Shown here: in pieces, positions 29,674 through 39,177 of the stretch
How positions within the stretch are numbered: the first letter of the stretch is position 1
Layout of the letters: the number at the start of each line of letters is the position of its first letter
From: Myxococcota bacterium
GTDB taxonomy: Bacteria; Myxococcota_A; UBA796; CAJQPC01
Direction: 5' to 3'
Assembly (NCBI GenBank): GCA_036229005.1
Contig: JAZAMN010000039.1
Coordinates: 9,528-73,527, forward strand
Length of the DNA: 64,000 nucleotides
Notes under the pieces: generated by a model
The model's database searches: none
The model's input: the letters and a program-made list of their open reading frames with translations, nothing else
Told to the model about the DNA's origin: nothing
Position numbers and translations under genes: made by a program

Positions 29674-31101
29674 TCAGTCCAGCAGCTCGTCCAGCTCCAG
29701 GTCCAGGGTGCCCTTCATCTCGCTGAACTCCAGGCGCAGGGTGCCGGCCTGCTGGTTGAGCAGGGCGCCCAGGGCCTGGGTGCCGACGATCTCGCCGTGG
29801 ACGGCGTGCACCAGGCGGCCCTCGCGGATGCCGAGATCGCCCAGGCGGGCGGCGCCGGAGAGGCGGATGCGGCAGGTGGCGCGCTGGGCGGCCAGGACGC
29901 GGAGCAGGGCGCGCAGGTCGCCGGCCGGGGTCTCCAGCGGCTCCCCCTGGGCCACGCGCTCGGCGAGCTCCCGGCGGCGGGCCAGGCGGTCCAAGGCGGA
30001 GCTGACGGCGGGGTGCAGGTCGGCGCGCTCCGGCTCTTCGAGGGCCAGCAGGGCCTCCACCGCCATGTCCTCGCCTGCGGCCCCCTGCGCTGCCCGATCG
30101 GAGAGCGCCTGGGCCAGCCCAGAGAGGCCGGCCACGGAGGGTGGGGTCCACCCGGATCCGAGCCCCCGCCGAAAGAGCAGCAGCGTGCCGGCAGCGGTGG
30201 CGCGGGCGGGCTCCAGCCCCAGGTCCTCGATCAGCTCGAGCAGGGTCTGGACGTCCTGGCGGGTGGGGTCGCCGGGCTCCGGGTGGTGGGCGCGGACCAG
30301 CGCCTCCAGGAGCAGGCCGGAGAGGGCGGCGTTGTTTCCGGCGAACTGGGGGGAGAAGCCCTCCACGCGGTCGATACGCACCCCCGGGCGGGCGCGGCGC
30401 CAGACCTGCTCGTGGGAGCGGGTGCTGTCGGCGAGGGCCTGCCGGTAGGTGACGCGCCAGGCGCCGCCGTTCTCCAGGACCGCCGTGACCTCGTCGGGGT
30501 CGGAGAGCAGGCGGGCGTCGCCGCCTTCGACGGTCTGGAGTCGGCGCAGAGCGGCCTGGCGGGCGGGCTCGGGCTCGAAGATGGCCAGACCGGGGCGGCG
30601 CGCGGGGAGCTGCATCGCGGAGCTGGCGGAGTCCTCGACGTCTTCCTCTCCGGACCGGTCGGTGTGGCGGTCCAGCAGGTCCACCAGGGCGCGGCGGGTG
30701 GTGACGAAGAGGCGGAGCTGACGGGCCTGGGCGAGCTGCTGCATGCGCTCCAGGCTGGGGACGTCCGTGGGGTCGGCGGTGAGCAGGGAGAGGGTGCCGC
30801 GCTCGCTGTCCAGGTAGGTGGGGACGACCAGCTCGCGCCGCAGGAAGCTGCGGGGGAAGAGGCCCAGCAGGTGGGGGTCGATCTCCAGGGAGTCCACCTG
30901 TCGGTTGGCCAGGTGGGGGAGCCTGAACTGGTGCGCCAGTGCGCGGGCGAGGCCTTCGTCGTCCACGAGGCCCATCTCGACGGCCAGCTCGCCAAAGCGG
31001 CCGCGCTGGCGCTCCTTGAGGGCGCTGAGGATGAGGTCCACCTGGGTGGGCTGGAGCAGGTCCAGCTCGACCAGGATCGCGCCAATGGGAAGTCGGCTCA
31101 C
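29674..31101 (-). CDS. MshEN/GspE-N domain protein with C-terminal DUF4388-like domain
   Basis: IGAILVELDLL...RFGELAVEMGLV..LARALAHQ; LLTADPTD; C-terminal GDLRALL...GRLVHA...G..AL; no ATPase motifs. Confidence 0.7.
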   Translation of the reverse strand: MSRLPIGAILVELDLLQPTQVDLILSALKERQRGRFGELAVEMGLVDDEGLARALAHQFRLPHLANRQVDSLEIDPHLLGLFPRSFLRRELVVPTYLDSERGTLSLLTADPTDVPSLERMQQLAQARQLRLFVTTRRALVDLLDRHTDRSGEEDVEDSASSAMQLPARRPGLAIFEPEPARQAALRRLQTVEGGDARLLSDPDEVTAVLENGGAWRVTYRQALADSTRSHEQVWRRARPGVRIDRVEGFSPQFAGNNAALSGLLLEALVRAHHPEPGDPTRQDVQTLLELIEDLGLEPARATAAGTLLLFRRGLGSGWTPPSVAGLSGLAQALSDRAAQGAAGEDMAVEALLALEEPERADLHPAVSSALDRLARRRELAERVAQGEPLETPAGDLRALLRVLAAQRATCRIRLSGAARLGDLGIREGRLVHAVHGEIVGTQALGALLNQQAGTLRLEFSEMKGTLDLELDELLD

Positions 31102-31199
31102 GGGAGCGTGCTCCTTGGGGTTGGATGATACAGCGGCGGCCGCGCTGGGGTCAGAGCCTGTAGCCCGGGTTAGAGGGTACAGCCGCGAAGGAGCCTCGG

Positions 31200-32030
31200 A
31201 TGAACGCCACCCCCATGCAGCAACTGCGCGCCCTGATGCGGGACGCCGGCTCGGTGCTGGTGACCTTCTCCGGTGGTGTGGACTCGGCGCTGGTCGCTGC
31301 GGTCGCCCACCAGGAGCTGGGGGATCGCGCCGTGGCGCTGACCGCCGACAGCCCCACCTTCCCCCCGGAGGAGGCGGCGGAGGCCAAGCGCATCGCCGCC
31401 CAGCTCGGCATGCGCCACGTGGTCGTGGACTCCAAGGAGCTGGAGCGCGAGGGCTACGCGGCCAACGCGGGCGACCGCTGCTACTTCTGCAAGTCCGAGC
31501 TCTACGACCTGGCGCGCGATCAGAAGACCGCGCTGGGGCTGGCCCACATCATGGACGGCACGATCCTGGACGACCTGGGCGGCCACCGCCCGGGCCTGGT
31601 GGCCAGCTCGGAGAACGGCGTGCGGCACCCCCTGGTGGAGGCCGGCTTCGACAAGGCGGCGGTGCGGGACGCGGCGCGCAGCCTGGGGATCCCCGTGTGG
31701 GACAAGCCCAGCTTTGCGTGCCTGGGCTCGCGCTTCCCGGTGGGGACCCGGGTGACCGAGCCGCGCGTGCGCAAGGTGCAGCGGGTCGAGTCCATCTTGC
31801 GCACCCTGGGCTTTGGCCAGTTCCGCGTGCGCTTCCACCTGATGGAAGAAGTCCCGATGGTCCGCATCGAGCTCCCGGTGGATCAGCTCCACCTGCTCAC
31901 CCAGGAGGGGATGCGCGAGACCGTCGTGAACGCCTGCAAGCAGGAGGGCTTCCGCTGGGTGACCCTGGACCTGGAGGGCTTCCGCAGCGGCGGGCTCTCC
32001 CACAAGCCCAAGACCGCGGACCCGGCTTGA
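31200..32030 (+). CDS. larE: ATP-dependent sulfur transferase LarE
   Basis: FSGGVDS PP-loop, DRCYFCK, HRPG, WDKPSFACLGSRFP, DLEGFRSG. Confidence 0.9.
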   Translation: MNATPMQQLRALMRDAGSVLVTFSGGVDSALVAAVAHQELGDRAVALTADSPTFPPEEAAEAKRIAAQLGMRHVVVDSKELEREGYAANAGDRCYFCKSELYDLARDQKTALGLAHIMDGTILDDLGGHRPGLVASSENGVRHPLVEAGFDKAAVRDAARSLGIPVWDKPSFACLGSRFPVGTRVTEPRVRKVQRVESILRTLGFGQFRVRFHLMEEVPMVRIELPVDQLHLLTQEGMRETVVNACKQEGFRWVTLDLEGFRSGGLSHKPKTADPA

Positions 32031-32818
32031 GCCAGGGGGCCCCTACGCCCGAGCCCCTGCAGCTCGGGGACCGCGCCAGCGTGTTCGAGCCCCAGGCCCG
32101 CAAGAAGGTCTGGTGGGAGCTGGTGGGGGTGTGGCTGGGGACCTTGCTGCTCATCCGGGGAGTCGTCACCGTCTCCGAGCTGCTGCCCGGTACCCAGATC
32201 GCGGGACTCTTCTCCATCAGCGAGGTCATCCTGGCGCTGGTGCCGGTGCTGTTCATCTACGCGCCGGTGTGGGTGTGTCGCCTGCGGGGCGTGGACTCCT
32301 ACGCCTACCGCCTGTCGGTGCCCGCGTTCTCCGACTGGCGCGCCTGGCTGGGGGCGCTCAAGGAGGCGGGGCTGTGGACGCTGCTGTTCCTGGTGCCCTA
32401 CCTGCCGCTCTACCACCTCTGGACCACCCAGGTGTTCGGCAAGCAGTTCGGGGCGGGGGCGATCCCCCCGGAGCTGGGCACGCTGCTGCTCTACCAGGTC
32501 TTCTTCGTGGCCATCCCGGAGGAGTTCTTCTACCGGGGCTGGATGCAGACGCGGCTCAACGAGCTCTTCGAGCGCCGCTTCCAGATCTTCGGGATCCCCT
32601 TCTCGCACTCGCTGTGGATCACCTCGCTGTTCTTTGCCTTCGGGCACAGCGTGGTGACCTTCCAGTGGTGGCACTTCGCGATCTTCTTCCCCAGCCTGCT
32701 CTTCGGGCTGATCCGGGAGCGCACGGGCAGCGTGCTCGCGGGGGCCTTCTTCCACGCGGCCTGCAATGTCCTCGTGGTGGTCCTGGATCACTGGTATGGG
32801 GTGGTGCTGCCCAAGTAG
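32027..32818 (+). CDS. CPBP-family intramembrane glutamic protease (myxosortase-like)
   Basis: IPEEFFYRG, FAFGH, HAACN motifs; multiple TMs; TTG start overlaps the larE stop. Confidence 0.85.
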   Translation: MSQGAPTPEPLQLGDRASVFEPQARKKVWWELVGVWLGTLLLIRGVVTVSELLPGTQIAGLFSISEVILALVPVLFIYAPVWVCRLRGVDSYAYRLSVPAFSDWRAWLGALKEAGLWTLLFLVPYLPLYHLWTTQVFGKQFGAGAIPPELGTLLLYQVFFVAIPEEFFYRGWMQTRLNELFERRFQIFGIPFSHSLWITSLFFAFGHSVVTFQWWHFAIFFPSLLFGLIRERTGSVLAGAFFHAACNVLVVVLDHWYGVVLPK

Positions 32819-32840
32819 GGGTGGTGCAGACTCCCGGTGA

Positions 32841-33137
32841 TCAGCGCCCCTCCAGCGCCTCGATCCGGGCCTGCAGCGCCTGGTTCTGCTCCACCAGGGC
32901 CTGGACCTGGGCCCGCAGCTTCTCCAGCTCCTTGTCCAGCTTCTTGGTGCCGTTCGCCGCGCTGGAGGCCTGGCCGCGCATCTGGTTCACGACGTCCCGG
33001 AGCTCCTGGTAGTCGGTCCGCGTGGGCACCTGGCGCTCGTTGAGCGTCTCCATGACCACGTCCTCCAGGAGCTGGCGGGTGACCGGGAGGGCGGCGTCGG
33101 TGGCGATGGAGCGGAGGAAGTCTCGGGTGGAGCCCAT
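32841..33137 (-). CDS. Small coiled-coil protein (phasin/BMFP-like)
   Basis: VPTRTDYQEL and C-terminal heptads LQARIEALE; GAGG RBS. Confidence 0.6.
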   Translation of the reverse strand: MGSTRDFLRSIATDAALPVTRQLLEDVVMETLNERQVPTRTDYQELRDVVNQMRGQASSAANGTKKLDKELEKLRAQVQALVEQNQALQARIEALEGR

Positions 33138-33367
33138 GGTGCCTCGGATGGTGCCTCTGAGAGGGGCGGGAGCGCCCAGTCTACAGGTCCCGGGCTCAAG
33201 TGCGGTGGGCCGGGAACCGAAGGGCCTTGCATGCTGTCCCTTCCCAGTGAGCGCTCCGGCACTTGCGCTGGCCTGTCGACCCTGTCGGGCCAGCCTTGCC
33301 CGACTCCGGGCCGGGGTGGTAACTTCCGACGACTTTCAAACCTTGCAGGGACTCCTGCGGAGGACTG

Positions 33368-34258
33368 ATGGCTTCCTGCCCCTTCTGCAATGGCAGTGTG
33401 AGTGATGAGCTTGCGCGGCTCGGCGGCAACTGCCCGAACTGCTTCAACCTCATCCCTGGCGAGGAGGCCGCGACGGATCCCGGCGTGGAGGCCCAGCAGG
33501 CGGAAGCCCAGGCCGAGGCCTCGCAGGAGCGCAAGCAGAGCGCCGGGCGCATCGGCATCCTCCTGGCCCTGCTCGTCGCCGCTGGCGGCGCGGGTGGCTG
33601 GTTCTGGTACCAGGGTCAGCTCGAAGAGGAGCGGATCGCCGCCGCCCTGGCCGAGGAGGTCGAGGCCGACTTCTTCATGCTGGACGCGGACGAGATCGAG
33701 ACGATCACTGCCGACAGCGAGCCCGAGAAGCCCGTGGCGGTGGCCTCCGCCGGCGGCACCAAGCCCAAGGGCGGCAACCGGCCTCCTCCCCCCGAAGAGG
33801 ACGCGGGCGCTTTCGGCGCTGGCAGCGATCGCTTCGCGGACGAGGGCTCCGGCGGCGTCGCCAAGAGCGCGAGCGATGGCCCCAGCCTGAGCACCACCAG
33901 CATGGGCGTGCCCTCCGTGAGCGGGGGGCCCTCCATCGGCGTCTCCCGGAAGGACGTCGTGCTGACCGACCCGGCGGAGATCCAGGCCATGGTGGGTGGC
34001 GCGCTCAAGCGCTACTCCGGCCAGATCAAGACCTGCTACGAGAACGAGCTCAAGGCCAACCCATCCCTCAAGGGCGTCTGGCAGATCACCTTCGTGGTGA
34101 ACCCGGACGGCTCGACCTCGCAGGTGGTGGTGAAGGCCCAGGGGGCGAGCGACGCTGGCCTGGAGTCCTGCATGAAGCGCCAGGTCAGCCAGTGGAGCTT
34201 CCAGAAGATCAGCCGGGCGCAGCCCTTCGGCAAGAAGTACCGCTTCGGCGCCTCCTGA
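33368..34258 (+). CDS. Zinc-ribbon / TM / AgmX-PglI (TonB-C-like) domain protein
   Basis: CPFC..CPNC, single TM, flexible linker, IKTCYENELKANPSLKG...C...WSF. Confidence 0.78.
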   Translation: MASCPFCNGSVSDELARLGGNCPNCFNLIPGEEAATDPGVEAQQAEAQAEASQERKQSAGRIGILLALLVAAGGAGGWFWYQGQLEEERIAAALAEEVEADFFMLDADEIETITADSEPEKPVAVASAGGTKPKGGNRPPPPEEDAGAFGAGSDRFADEGSGGVAKSASDGPSLSTTSMGVPSVSGGPSIGVSRKDVVLTDPAEIQAMVGGALKRYSGQIKTCYENELKANPSLKGVWQITFVVNPDGSTSQVVVKAQGASDAGLESCMKRQVSQWSFQKISRAQPFGKKYRFGAS

Positions 34259-34293
34259 GCGGCCCCGCTCTCAGCGGCTGAGCCACCGGAGGT

Positions 34294-35565
34294 TCAGCCG
34301 GCGGACGCGCCCCAGCCCAGATCCGGTGCGCTGGGCAGCGGGTCCTGGACGAGCTGGACCTCCACGCTGTCTTCGGGCGCGGGGGACTCGGCCACGGTCC
34401 AGGCCATGGCCCAGAGCATCTCGCGGGCGGCCAGCAGCTTGTCGCCCACGTCCACCAGGTTGGGGATGCGGTCGCGCAGTCGGGGGGCCAGATCGGCGGC
34501 GGCCAGCCTGACCTCGCTTGCGCTGACCATCCCAGGCACGGTGGACTTTGAGGACTCAGCCGGGGCGGTGAGCAGACCCAGTCGCAGCACCTGGGGCATC
34601 TCCTCCCCCTTGAGCACGGCGGCGCTGTGCAGGCAGAGGCCCAGGAAGAGCTCGGTGAGGTTGTAGCCCTGGACGGTGGCGGGCAGCTTGGCGGACAGGG
34701 GGGTGGCGTAGAGCTGCGCGGCGGCCTGCTGCAGGGTGTCCAGGGGGAGGGAGCGGCCCTCGGTGGCCTCGGGGGGGGCCTGGGAGAGGGGGATCTCCGG
34801 GGTGACCTGCGAGGTGGTGAGGAAGCGGATGCCGGCGGGCTGGGCGACCTGGGTGATCCACCCCTCCAGGATCTGGAGCTGCTCGGGACCCAGTGCATCG
34901 GCCTCCAGGCGCAGGCGAAGCACGGGGAGGCGCAGGGCGGGGAGCTGCTCCAGGGTGAGGCTGACCTCGTCCAGGCCCCAGTGGGTGGCGGACACGGTGC
35001 CGGCGCAGCCGATGGCCGGGGCGGGGAGGACCAGGGCGGTGCCGCGGGTGCCGTCGATGCGCTTGACCCGGTGGGGCTTGGCGTCGGTGCTGTCCAGGAG
35101 GACGTGGCTGAGGCGGGACTGCTCGACGGCCAGGTCGGCGGCGCGGGAGAGCGGCAGGTCGGTGGCCCAGGCGGTGGGGCGCACGCCGGAGCTGCGCTTG
35201 CCTGCCCGTGACTGGGCCTTGATGGCGCTGAGCCAGGGGGCGGAGAGCTTGGGGAGGGGGGCCCCGACCAGCTCGGTCTGGGTGCTGTAGAGGGCGAGCT
35301 CGTGGCCGGCCTCCACGACGCCAAAGAGCCACTCGGATTGTTCGCTGGCCTGCTCGGTGCGCATCACGAGGGTGGCGGGGACGGAGAGGGTGTCCAGGGT
35401 CTTGACGGCGTCGTGCAGGCGCTCGGCGGAGTCGCCGGCCCGCAGCTCGATCATCAAGGGGAAGCCGCCCACGTATTCCGGGGTGACCTGGAACTCCGCG
35501 ACGGCGTCGGCGGGGGGCTCGCAGGCGGCCTGGGCCAGGGCGGGGAGGAGGATGAGCAGGCTCAA
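34294..35565 (-). CDS. Exported protein with degenerate polysaccharide deacetylase-like fold
   Basis: Signal peptide; VPATLV..GHELAL NodB-like segment. Confidence 0.5.
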   Translation of the reverse strand: MSLLILLPALAQAACEPPADAVAEFQVTPEYVGGFPLMIELRAGDSAERLHDAVKTLDTLSVPATLVMRTEQASEQSEWLFGVVEAGHELALYSTQTELVGAPLPKLSAPWLSAIKAQSRAGKRSSGVRPTAWATDLPLSRAADLAVEQSRLSHVLLDSTDAKPHRVKRIDGTRGTALVLPAPAIGCAGTVSATHWGLDEVSLTLEQLPALRLPVLRLRLEADALGPEQLQILEGWITQVAQPAGIRFLTTSQVTPEIPLSQAPPEATEGRSLPLDTLQQAAAQLYATPLSAKLPATVQGYNLTELFLGLCLHSAAVLKGEEMPQVLRLGLLTAPAESSKSTVPGMVSASEVRLAAADLAPRLRDRIPNLVDVGDKLLAAREMLWAMAWTVAESPAPEDSVEVQLVQDPLPSAPDLGWGASAG

Positions 35566-35990
35566 GGGCGCTCCAGGGTCATGAGCAGGGCGTCTTCGCC
35601 GTCGGCGTAGTAGCGGGGTCGGCGGCCGACCTGCTGAAAGCCCAAGCGGCTGTAGAGGGTGATGGCGGGGGTGTTCGAGGCGCGGACCTCCAACAACGCG
35701 GGCCCGGTGGCGGTCTCCAACAGGGCCTGCACCAGGGCGCGACCGAGGCCCTGTCGGCGGGCCTGGGGGTGCACGCAGACGGTCTGGATGTGGACCTCGT
35801 CGGCGACCACCCAGGCGACCGCGTGGCCCTGGATCCCGGCGGGGGCGCGGGCGACCAGCAGGTGGGAGCGGGGGTTGTCCAGCTCCTCGGCGAGCTGCGC
35901 GCGGGACCAGCCGCCCTGCATGCCGACGGCCTCGATCTCGGCGATGGCGTCCAGGTCGCTTTGGTGGGCGGGCCCGATGGAGGGGGGCAC
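35562..35990 (-). CDS. rimI: Ribosomal protein alanine N-acetyltransferase RimI-like
   Basis: VHPQARRQGLG, LEVRASN..AI.LY..LGF, RPRYYADGEDALLM; GGAG before GTG 35990 (alternative start ATG 36026). Confidence 0.85.
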   Translation of the reverse strand: MPPSIGPAHQSDLDAIAEIEAVGMQGGWSRAQLAEELDNPRSHLLVARAPAGIQGHAVAWVVADEVHIQTVCVHPQARRQGLGRALVQALLETATGPALLEVRASNTPAITLYSRLGFQQVGRRPRYYADGEDALLMTLERP

Positions 35991-36086
35991 GGGGGCTCCA
36001 AGGAGGCGCTGGGGGCGCGCATGCATTAGGGTTGGGGAGATGTAAACGACCCCGGGGCGAGTTTCAATCCGCCCGGCAGGAGCCCC

Positions 36087-37007
36087 ATGATCGAGGTTGT
36101 CGGGATCACCAAGCGCTACGGTCCCTTCGTCGCCGTCAAGGACCTGAGCTTCTCGGTGGAAAAGGGGCGGGTGCTGGGGTTCATCGGGCCCAATGGCGCG
36201 GGAAAGAGCAGCACGATGCGGGTGCTGACCGGGTTCTTGCCAGCGACTGAAGGGACCGCCAAGGTGGCGGGCTTCGACGTGTTCGAGCAGCCCATGGAGG
36301 TCAAGCGCCGGGTCGGCTACCTGCCCGAGACCCCGCCGCTCTACAAGGAGCTCTCGGTGGGGGACTACCTGCGCTTCGTGGCCGAGCTGCGCGGCATCTA
36401 CGGGGCCGACGCCCTGCGCCGCATCGGCGAGGTGATGGAGCGCGTGGGCCTGCGGGGCTGGGAGCGCCGCATCCTGGGCAGCCTGTCCAAGGGCTACAAG
36501 CAGCGGGTGGGGCTGGCGCAGGCGCTGATCCACGACCCGCCCGTGCTGATCCTGGACGAGCCCACCTCGGGCCTGGATCCGGCGCAGGTGGTGGGCGTGC
36601 GCAAGCTCATCGCGGAGCTGCGCGGCGACCACACCATCGTGCTGTCCACCCACATCCTGCGGGAGGTCGAGGCCCTCTGCGACGACGTGGTGGTCATCAA
36701 CAAGGGGGAGCTGGCCGCCAAGGGCACCCTGGCCCAGGTCCGCGAGGCCCACGCGCCGGTGCGCTATCGGGTGGGGCTGTCCTGCCCGGATCTGGACGCG
36801 GCGGCCCGCCTGGTGGGCGAGCTCCCAGAGGTCGGCAGCGTGCGCCCGGTGGATGGCGTGCTGGAGATCTCGGCGCCCGCGGACCCGCGGGAGGCCGTGG
36901 CCAAGGCGGTGACCGCGCAGGGCTGGGGCCTGAGCGCCCTGGAGCGGGTCGCCCCCACCCTGGAGTCCGCCTTCCTGTCCCTGGTCGGCGCCGAAGGAGA
37001 GCTGTGA
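36087..37007 (+). CDS. ABC transporter ATP-binding protein (GldA-like)
   Basis: GPNGAGKS, LSKGYKQRVGLAQA, LDEPTSGLDP, STHIL. Confidence 0.95.
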   Translation: MIEVVGITKRYGPFVAVKDLSFSVEKGRVLGFIGPNGAGKSSTMRVLTGFLPATEGTAKVAGFDVFEQPMEVKRRVGYLPETPPLYKELSVGDYLRFVAELRGIYGADALRRIGEVMERVGLRGWERRILGSLSKGYKQRVGLAQALIHDPPVLILDEPTSGLDPAQVVGVRKLIAELRGDHTIVLSTHILREVEALCDDVVVINKGELAAKGTLAQVREAHAPVRYRVGLSCPDLDAAARLVGELPEVGSVRPVDGVLEISAPADPREAVAKAVTAQGWGLSALERVAPTLESAFLSLVGAEGEL

Positions 37008-37717
37008 TGCGGGCGGTGTGGACGCTCCTCAAGAAGGAGCTCAAGGTCACCTTCGTGACCCCCCTGGCCTACGTGTTCCTGGGGGTCTTCCTCTTTCTCG
37101 CGGGGCTCTTCTTCTACCTGGGCATCGTGATGACCGGCGAGGCGAGCCTGCGGGTGATGATCGGAAACCTGGCGATCGCCCTGCTCTTTGTGCTGCCCAT
37201 GCTGACCATGCGGCACTTTGCCGAGGAGTCGCGCTCGGGGACCTTCGAGCTGCTGATGACCTCGCCGCTCTCCCCGGTGGCCCTCATCCTGGGCAAGTGG
37301 CTCTCGTCCCTGGTGTTGACAACGATGATGCTGGCCGGGACCCTCATCTTCCCCCTCGTCCTGGAGTTCTACGGCGACCCCGACTGGGGCGTCGTGTTCA
37401 CCTCGTACATCGGGCTGTGGCTGACCTGCGCGGCCTTCACGGCGGCGGGGCTCTTCGCGTCGTCGCTGAGCAATGATCAGGTCGCGGCGGGCATGGGCGG
37501 AATCGTGCTGCTGCTGCCCTTCTGGCTGATCGGGAACGCGGACACGCTGGTCGGCTCCGGGGCCCAGGAGTGGCTGGACAAGCTGGCGCTCCTGCCCCAC
37601 CTGCGGGGCTTCACGCGCGGGGTGGTGGATACGGCAGACGTGGCGTACTTCGTGGCCTTCGCGTTCGTGTTCCTCTTCCTCACCTACCGCACCCTGGAGA
37701 GCCGGCGATGGCGCTGA
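37004..37717 (+). CDS. ABC-2 permease (GldF-like)
   Basis: KKEL..F.TPLAY, TMRHFAEE.RSGT.ELL.T.P, six TMs. Confidence 0.9.
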   Translation: MMRAVWTLLKKELKVTFVTPLAYVFLGVFLFLAGLFFYLGIVMTGEASLRVMIGNLAIALLFVLPMLTMRHFAEESRSGTFELLMTSPLSPVALILGKWLSSLVLTTMMLAGTLIFPLVLEFYGDPDWGVVFTSYIGLWLTCAAFTAAGLFASSLSNDQVAAGMGGIVLLLPFWLIGNADTLVGSGAQEWLDKLALLPHLRGFTRGVVDTADVAYFVAFAFVFLFLTYRTLESRRWR

Positions 37718-39177
37718 GCCGACAGACACAGCGGGCCCTGGCCTACGGCGGAAACGCCACGCTGGTGACCGTCCTGGTCGTGATCCTGGTGGGCGTGCTC
37801 TACGGCGTGGCCGACCGGCACCGCGTGAGCTGGGACCTCTCTGAGGGCCACGAGAACACCCTCCAGGTCGACACCCTCAAGAAGCTGGAGCTCCTCCAGG
37901 AGGACAACCAGCTCGTCAGCGTGACCGCGTTCTCCCACCAGCAGGGCAAGCGCGACACCTACATCAAGGACCGCGAGGTCAAGGACCTGTTGGTCGAGCT
38001 GGACCGGGCGTCTTCTGTGGTGGAGACGGAGTTCGTGGACTTCGACCGCGAGCGGCTCACCGCCGAGAAGCTGGGCGTCACCGAATATGGCCACATCGTG
38101 GTCCAGCGAGGAGAGGAGCGGGTCGACATCCGCGCGCGGGAGCTCTTCCGGGCCGGGGGCCCGGACAAGGAGGCCGAGTTCCTGGGGGAGGCGGTGTTCA
38201 ACCGGGCGGCGGCGCAGCTCCTCTCGGACCGCGAGCGCGTGATCTACACCCTGCGCGGGCACGGCGAGAAGGACCTGCGGGAGAAGGGCTCGGATGGGCT
38301 CAGCGATCTGGCGCTGCTCCTGGAGAAGGAGAACTACCGCCTGGCCCCGCTGGACTTCAACTCGGGTCGGGAGGCCGGCGGCATCCCCATCGTGCCCCTG
38401 GACGCGTCGGCGGTGCTGGTGGCCGGTCCGCAGAACCCCCTGACGGACGCCGAGCAGGACGCTCTGAGCGGCTACCTGGCGGGCGGCGGCGCGATGATGA
38501 TCGCGGTGGACCCCCGCGCGCCGGACCTGCGGGTGCTGGAGCAGCTCGACGTGCGGGTGCCCTCGGGCATCGCCGCGGACAAGCGGGTCTACTACCCCCA
38601 CCCGGACCGCCCGGTGCCCCAGTACGGGCGCCACAGCACGGTGGACGAGCTGCAGGAGGACCGGCTGGCCACGGTGCTCAGCCACATCGCCCCCCTGCGG
38701 GTGCCCGCGCAGCCCCCCGAGTGGATGACCCTGAGCACTCTGTTCAAGTCCTCGCGGGACGGCTGGATCGACCGCGGCGGCGAGCTGGAGGTCGGCGGCC
38801 TGGCCCGCTTCGAGCCGGAGATCGACCTCCCGGGCCCCGTGACCTACGCGGTCGCGATGGAGCTCAAGGCCACCGAGGCCAGCGTGGTGAGCCCCGGGGA
38901 GCGCACGGCCCGCGTGATGGTGCTGGGCGACTCCGACTGGATGGCCAACGAGCTGCTCGCCACGGGCCCTGGCAACGGCAGCTTTGCGGTGAACGCCTTC
39001 CGCTGGCTGGTCTGGGACGACGCCCGGCTCTCGCTGGTGGGCAACGCCACGGCGGTCCGGCGCCTGGCCCTGACGGAGGAGGACCAGGGGCGCATCCGCT
39101 TCTTCGTGGTGTTCCTGCTCCCCATCCTGATCCTGATCGCCGGCGGGGCCGTCTGGGCCAGCCGTAGAGGACGCTGA
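37708..39177 (+). CDS. GldG-family ABC auxiliary protein
   Basis: N-terminal TM, WDLS..NTL, GHGEK, VAGPQ, VLGDSD, C-terminal TM. Confidence 0.85.
   Translation: MALSRQTQRALAYGGNATLVTVLVVILVGVLYGVADRHRVSWDLSEGHENTLQVDTLKKLELLQEDNQLVSVTAFSHQQGKRDTYIKDREVKDLLVELDRASSVVETEFVDFDRERLTAEKLGVTEYGHIVVQRGEERVDIRARELFRAGGPDKEAEFLGEAVFNRAAAQLLSDRERVIYTLRGHGEKDLREKGSDGLSDLALLLEKENYRLAPLDFNSGREAGGIPIVPLDASAVLVAGPQNPLTDAEQDALSGYLAGGGAMMIAVDPRAPDLRVLEQLDVRVPSGIAADKRVYYPHPDRPVPQYGRHSTVDELQEDRLATVLSHIAPLRVPAQPPEWMTLSTLFKSSRDGWIDRGGELEVGGLARFEPEIDLPGPVTYAVAMELKATEASVVSPGERTARVMVLGDSDWMANELLATGPGNGSFAVNAFRWLVWDDARLSLVGNATAVRRLALTEEDQGRIRFFVVFLLPILILIAGGAVWASRRGR

Noticed and set aside
36087..39177. Bacteroidota-type gliding motility locus
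   Set aside because: GldA/F/G-like ABC systems are widespread; no other gld/spr/T9SS genes are in the window
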